This document shows, piece after piece, positions 34,345-38,607 of a stretch of DNA of 38,607 nt. Origin of the DNA: an uncultured Candidatus Saccharibacteria bacterium. GTDB lineage: Bacteria > Patescibacteriota > Minisyncoccia > Minisyncoccales > PEYH01. Location: the NCBI GenBank assembly GCA_964563465.1, contig CAZLVZ010000001.1:1-38607 (forward strand), written 5' to 3'. Made by a program: the position numbers and the translations under genes. Position 1 is the stretch's first letter, and every line of letters begins with the position of its first letter. The notes beneath the pieces were generated by a model. The model did no database searches, was not told where the DNA came from, and saw only the letters and a list, made by a program, of their open reading frames with translations.

Positions 34345-35697
34345 CTAATATGCGTAAATTTTTTCTTTTATAGCAATTACTTCTTGTGCCAAAATTTCGT
34401 TCTCTATGATTTCTTTAGCAATTTTATCGCAAGCATAAATGGCTGTTGTGTGATCTTTGCCTCCAAACTTATTACCGATAAAAGGAAACGAGCTTTTAAG
34501 TTCTTGTCTTAGGAAATACATAGCTATCTGTCTGGGCCTAACAATTTCTTTTTTTCTAGAGCTCAAAAAAAGATCCTTTTCTTTCAAGCTATAATATTCG
34601 GCAACTACCTTAATTATCTTTTGAAAATTAACACCTTTTACCTGCGGGTGAATTGTTTTTTTAAGAATTTTTTTAGCTAAATCCATATCAATGCTTTGGC
34701 TATGAAGTTCTTGCCAGACAGATAAAGATTTTAGCGCGCCCTCTAATTCTCTTACATTTTTTTGTATATTTGAAGCGATATAATCCAAGACAGGACCATC
34801 TAAACTAATTTTTTCCTCTTGAGCTTTCTGTTGAAGAATAGCAAGCCGACTCTCAATATCAGGGCTATTAACATCAATAATCATTCCTCCCTCAAATCTT
34901 GAACGAAGTCGTTCCGCAAGATTAGAGATTGACTTTGGCGGGCGATCCGAAGAAATAATGATTTGTTTATTAGAGCCGTAGAGAAGATTAAAGAGATGAA
35001 AGAATTCTTCTTGAGTTTTTTCTTTGCCAGACAAAAATTGAATATCGTCAATAATCAACACATCAAATTCTCTATAGGTTTCTTTAAACTCTTCAATTGT
35101 TCCATTTCTTATAGCACCAACAATACCAGAAATAAATCTTTCAGAGGGAACATATTTTATTTTTTTCTTAACAAAGTTTTTATTTATTCTATTTCCTACT
35201 GCCTGTAATAAATGTGTTTTTCCAAGTCCCACTCCGCCATAAACAAAAAATGGGTTGTATTCAAGCCCTGGCTTTTCAGCAACTCTTTCTCCTGCCGCAT
35301 GGGCTAGTTCGTTAAAGGGTCCGACAACAAGATTATCAAAAGTGTATTTTGGATTGAGGTTTGTGTATTTATCAAGAGTCAATCCCTCCATTTTCATCTG
35401 ACTCGCAGGGATCTTTATTTTTTTATTTGAAATTTTTATTTGAGGAGACGGAACGCTGATAACCCGATATTCTACATTTTTAACCTTTTCGTTGAGTTGA
35501 CGCAGACCTTGTAATATAAGTTTATTATATTTTTTTTCTAACCATTCTTTTGAAAAATTATTTGGGACAGAAACAACTATCATCCCCTTTTCTTTAGAAA
35601 GGATATTTGTGTTTTTGAACCAAGTGCTGAAATTAGCCTGGGAGATATTAAGTTGAATCTCTGACAAAATTGTTTGCCAAAGCTCATCTTTATTCAT
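34345..35697 (-). CDS. dnaA: Chromosomal replication initiator DnaA
   Basis: NPFFVYGGVGLGKTHLL, VLIIDDIQFL, the C-terminal DNA-binding domain RPRQIAMYF...GGKDHTTAIYA. ATG 35697 (MNKDELWQTIL) preferred over the TTG at 35748. Confidence 0.95.
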   Translation of the reverse strand: MNKDELWQTILSEIQLNISQANFSTWFKNTNILSKEKGMIVVSVPNNFSKEWLEKKYNKLILQGLRQLNEKVKNVEYRVISVPSPQIKISNKKIKIPASQMKMEGLTLDKYTNLNPKYTFDNLVVGPFNELAHAAGERVAEKPGLEYNPFFVYGGVGLGKTHLLQAVGNRINKNFVKKKIKYVPSERFISGIVGAIRNGTIEEFKETYREFDVLIIDDIQFLSGKEKTQEEFFHLFNLLYGSNKQIIISSDRPPKSISNLAERLRSRFEGGMIIDVNSPDIESRLAILQQKAQEEKISLDGPVLDYIASNIQKNVRELEGALKSLSVWQELHSQSIDMDLAKKILKKTIHPQVKGVNFQKIIKVVAEYYSLKEKDLFLSSRKKEIVRPRQIAMYFLRQELKSSFPFIGNKFGGKDHTTAIYACDKIAKEIIENEILAQEVIAIKEKIYAY

Positions 35698-35916
35698 TGT
35701 CTTTTGGCTAAGATTAAGTTTCGTCTTGTTGGAAGAAATAAGCCACAAAAAGTTGAAAATTTTTGCTTATTATTTTTAACAAGAGCTTATTCTCATACTA
35801 TGCTATCTTTTGTATAAAGGCAAACCAAGACAAAGATAGGGTTTGTTCAGTATATTGTTGAAAAAATGGGGAGAAATAGGGGAGAAGAACGGGATAACTT
35901 ATAATTAATTTTTGGT

Positions 35917-35945
35917 TTGACTTCTCCGCTGTTTTCGCATATACT
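35917..35945 (+). promoter_or_regulatory. rpmH operon promoter (leaderless layout)
   Basis: TTGACT, 17 nt, TATACT, 7 nt, ATG 35953. Confidence 0.55.
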
Positions 35946-35952
35946 AATCAAT

Positions 35953-36087
35953 ATGGCTATTACATTTAAGAAAAAACAAGGGAAAAGAAAGAAGACTCAT
36001 GGATTCTTAGTTCGCTCTAAAACTAAAAATGGACGAGCGGTTTTATTAAGAAGAAGAAGGAAGGGTAGAGAGAAATTAAGCGTTTAA
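35953..36087 (+). CDS. rpmH: 50S ribosomal protein bL34 (below ORF-track size cut-off)
   Basis: [44 protein letters not shown], with canonical position upstream of rnpA. Confidence 0.9.
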   Translation: MAITFKKKQGKRKKTHGFLVRSKTKNGRAVLLRRRRKGREKLSV

Positions 36088-36088
36088 A

Positions 36089-36430
36089 ATGCTAAGAAAA
36101 AAGTATTGTCTTAAAAAGAAAAAGGATTTTGAAAGAGTTTTTAAGCAAGGAAAAGGATTTAGACAGGATTTTTTGTTTTTGAAAACATTAAAAAACGATT
36201 TGGAAAATTCAAGAATAGGCATAGTGGTAAGCAAAAAGGTTTCCAGCAAGGCGACAGAAAGGAATTTAATTAAGAGACGATTGAGAGAAATTATTAGGAA
36301 AAAATTACCTGAAATGAATAACAATGAAGACATTATAATAATCACTCAAAAAGGTATTAACAAAAAAACCTCTTTTGAGAATATTGAACAAGTCGTTGAT
36401 AAATTATTATTAAAAGCAAAAATTAGATGA
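36089..36430 (+). CDS. rnpA: RNase P protein component
   Basis: KKKKDFERVFKQGKGF...GIVVSKKVSSKATERNLIKRRLRE. Follows rpmH by 1 nt. Confidence 0.85.
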   Translation: MLRKKYCLKKKKDFERVFKQGKGFRQDFLFLKTLKNDLENSRIGIVVSKKVSSKATERNLIKRRLREIIRKKLPEMNNNEDIIIITQKGINKKTSFENIEQVVDKLLLKAKIR

Positions 36431-37155
36431 ACGCATTTATAAATTTTTTTCATATAATATTATGGCAGCCACTATTTAATCTGCTCATTTTATTTTGTTA
36501 TTATTTGCCCGGAAATAACTTGGGTTTGGCTATAATTTTATTAACGCTACTAATTCGGTCAGCCCTTTATCCGCTTCAAGACAAGGCGAGTAAATCCCAA
36601 CTTGCTCTTCAGGTACTACAACCCAAGATGAAAGAAATCCAGAAGCAATACAAGGGAGACAGAGAAGGTCAGGCAAAGGCAATGATGGAATTATACAAAA
36701 AGGAACAAATCAATCCATTTTTTAGTTTTTTGGTAATGCTTATTCAATTCCCTGTTTTGATTGTGCTTTATCGGCTTTTTTGGCAAGGCATTCAAGAAGA
36801 AAACTTTGTTTATCTTTATAGTTTTGTTCAAAGACCAGAAACAATAAATCCTATTTTTTTAGGATTGAATTTAGACGAAAAATCAGTTCCTTTGGCAATC
36901 GTTGTGGGAATAGTTTTCTTTATTCAAACCAAGTTGTCTATGCCAAAGAAAGACAAACAAAAAGCGCAAACAAAAAAATCCGCTTTTGGAGAAATGTTCC
37001 AGAAACAGATGCTTTATTTATTTCCGATTTTCATTGTTTTTATTCTATTACGATTGCCATCTGCACTTGGTTTATACTTATTGGTTGGCGGAATCTTCAT
37101 GGCTTTCCAGCAATATTTAACCAAGAAGAAATACTATTCAGAGAAAAATGTTTAA
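36427..37155 (+). CDS. yidC: Membrane protein insertase YidC (short form)
   Basis: LAIILLTLLIRSALYPL, MKEIQKQYKGD, NPFFSFLVMLIQFPVLIVLY, and a C-terminal TM pair. Its ATG overlaps the rnpA stop (ATGA). Confidence 0.85.
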   Translation: MNAFINFFHIILWQPLFNLLILFCYYLPGNNLGLAIILLTLLIRSALYPLQDKASKSQLALQVLQPKMKEIQKQYKGDREGQAKAMMELYKKEQINPFFSFLVMLIQFPVLIVLYRLFWQGIQEENFVYLYSFVQRPETINPIFLGLNLDEKSVPLAIVVGIVFFIQTKLSMPKKDKQKAQTKKSAFGEMFQKQMLYLFPIFIVFILLRLPSALGLYLLVGGIFMAFQQYLTKKKYYSEKNV

Positions 37156-37612
37156 GAAAAGTATAGAACAAAAAATTAAAAAGATAGTTGAAGAGTTTTT
37201 CAAAAAAAGCTCTTTTGAAGTTTCTGTTGAAATAGGAAAAATAGAAGACGCCACACTTCCAGTTTTGATAGAGCTTGAAGAGCCACAGGTTTTAATAGGA
37301 GAAAGCGGAAAAACGCTTTCTTGTATTCAACATATTTTGAACAAAGGATTGAGAAAAAGATTCGGAGACGAAAAAGATTTTTATGTTGATTTAGATATTA
37401 ATGGTTACAAGAAGAGAAAGCTGGATTATTTAAGAGAGTTAGCCAACACTTCTGCCGATGATGTGGTTTTTTCTAAAAAAGAAAAAGAGCTGCGTCCAAT
37501 GTCAGCTTACGAAAGAAGAATTGTTCATATTGAATTAAAAGAACGAACTGATGTCCAAACCGAGAGCGTTGGTCAAGGCCTTGATCGCCGAATCATCGTC
37601 AAATTAGCATAG
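37148..37612 (+). CDS. jag: Jag/KhpB-type RNA-binding protein (KH + R3H)
   Basis: LIGESGKTLSCIQHIL (KH-like) and MSAYERRIVHIELKERTDVQTESVGQGLDRRIIV (R3H). Conserved position after yidC. Confidence 0.8.
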   Translation: MFKKSIEQKIKKIVEEFFKKSSFEVSVEIGKIEDATLPVLIELEEPQVLIGESGKTLSCIQHILNKGLRKRFGDEKDFYVDLDINGYKKRKLDYLRELANTSADDVVFSKKEKELRPMSAYERRIVHIELKERTDVQTESVGQGLDRRIIVKLA

Positions 37613-37672
37613 AGATAAACTTAATATTAAGAAATAAGAGCAGGCATAAGCCTTATCAGAATATAGGTTTTT

Positions 37673-38607
37673 TTATTGCATTTTGGCCTTTATTAAAAGG
37701 AGCGAGCCGGTACAATTGTCAAATTCAAGTTGCTGTAAGGCGGGTTTAGACGTGCCAATAAGTAGAGCACGACCTCCTGGGTGTAATACACCGTCTTCTT
37801 GCCACTTAGTATCAGTCGTTGCGTCTGCCCTATCGTAAAGAATACCCAAATATGTACTATTATTTCGGAGAAATTTAATGGCTGTAATTCCACCAGCATT
37901 GTCTTTCCCGCTGTTGCCATAAGGAGCCATTGCATTTTTGATGACATTGTCATCCTTACTCCATTTTCCATCAAAGTCGTCCCCCGTGTCGTTAATAAAA
38001 CGAACGCCCATAGCAATATCATCTTTGTAACCGATATTTAAGTTGTCTAATCCCTTAAGACCGTCAGAGCCGCTTGAAACACTCTTGTCCACCTCTTCTC
38101 TCTCCCAGCCACCGCCCCAATCAAACACTACAGGAACAGCAGATTCCTCTTCTGGTCCCAAGCAATCAGCGTTGCGACATATTTGTATAGAGGATTCTAT
38201 GGCATCTTCGTTGACTTGGAAGACGGTGATAGATCCCACATCTTTTCCATCATTATTCCAACTAGTCCTATAGGTATCGTATAGGGTTACTTCTTTTTTG
38301 GCATCTCCGTTTGGAATATAAACATGGGCCCAACCGCTAGGTTCTTGTCCAAAAAGTTCTTTTGCCATATTACGAAGAACAACGCCGTATTTAACTTTAG
38401 TTTTAGTGTCGTCCACTAAGGCAATTGAGCCGACTTTATCGTTAAGACAATCAGGTAAAGAGCCAGTAGTGCTTTGATAAATTTCGAAACATTCTCCGGG
38501 AGGAACTCGTTCTTCTGGGTTACCACTCTGTGAGTGTTTGCTATTTGGATAACTATAAAGATAAACCCCCGGTTTGTGCCAGATAATTTTAATACACTTT
38601 ACATTAT
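37673..38607 (-). CDS. C-terminal part of a large (probably secreted) protein, N-terminus cut by the window edge
   Basis: The track ORF 37673-38416 begins at an internal GTG. The same frame has no stop up to 38607 (...NVKCIKIIWHKPGVYLYSYPNSKHSQSGNPEERVPPGECFEIYQSTTGSLPDCLNDKVGSIALVDDTK...). No family recognised. Visibly more GC-rich than the core genes. Confidence 0.6.
   Translation of the reverse strand, partial: NVKCIKIIWHKPGVYLYSYPNSKHSQSGNPEERVPPGECFEIYQSTTGSLPDCLNDKVGSIALVDDTKTKVKYGVVLRNMAKELFGQEPSGWAHVYIPNGDAKKEVTLYDTYRTSWNNDGKDVGSITVFQVNEDAIESSIQICRNADCLGPEEESAVPVVFDWGGGWEREEVDKSVSSGSDGLKGLDNLNIGYKDDIAMGVRFINDTGDDFDGKWSKDDNVIKNAMAPYGNSGKDNAGGITAIKFLRNNSTYLGILYDRADATTDTKWQEDGVLHPGGRALLIGTSKPALQQLEFDNCTGSLLLIKAKMQ

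Noticed and set aside
34261-34512. 83-aa + strand ORF across the dnaA 3' end and oriC boxes
   Set aside because: Antisense to dnaA and covering DnaA boxes, with Cys/Phe-rich junk composition.
37613-37672. Possible terminator between convergent jag and the last ORF
   Set aside because: Only a 4-6 bp stem (AGGC-ATAA-GCCT) before the T run, which is too weak to call.
1-38607. Diversity-generating retroelement targeting the repeat surface protein; alternative genetic code (UGA recoding)
   Set aside because: No reverse transcriptase and no template/variable repeat pair is visible. TGA clearly terminates ruvC, rnpA, the AbiEii-like gene and the Lys-rich ORF, so the code is standard.

Overview
Strongly AT-rich, gene-dense bacterial chromosomal segment spanning the replication origin. 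rpmH-rnpA-yidC-jag lie on the + strand and dnaA-dnaN on the - strand, with an AT-rich, DnaA-box-bearing oriC candidate between dnaA and dnaN. I call about 46 CDS (two truncated by the window edges) and one tRNA-Arg(CCG). Most are housekeeping: PolX, GreA, MgsA, Elp3-like radical-SAM/GNAT, SPFH, MurE-like ligase, RuvA/RuvB/RuvC, YebC, bS20, bL34, HolA, stand-alone 5'-3' exonuclease, TsaE, class A PBP. Small proteins, few Shine-Dalgarno sites, a PilB-type ATPase, a lamin-tail-domain protein and large secreted repeat proteins suggest a reduced-genome Patescibacteria/CPR-type organism (inference only). Accessory insertions are (1) a hicBA module bracketed by two copies of one terminator sequence, (2) an HTH-Fic protein with a palindrome in its own promoter, and (3) an AbiEii-like nucleotidyltransferase plus small partner fused by overlapping codons to ruvA-murE. 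There are also two histidine kinases and two tandem receiver-only response regulators. I see no CRISPR array, transposase, integrase, reverse transcriptase or rRNA. TGA is used as a stop codon, so the code is standard. I did not find an unambiguous new multi-gene system. The best unexplained signals are: a 57-aa hyper-acidic tandem-repeat mini-gene with a consensus promoter whose terminator abuts the PBP1A start; the two edge-truncated ORFs joining in frame as if the record were circular or permuted; a recurrent leaderless promoter-ATG architecture; a 14-bp GC hairpin burying a ribosome-binding site; and a catalytically degenerate DHH protein next to pilB. Coordinates of small motifs were counted by eye and may be off by 1-2 nt.
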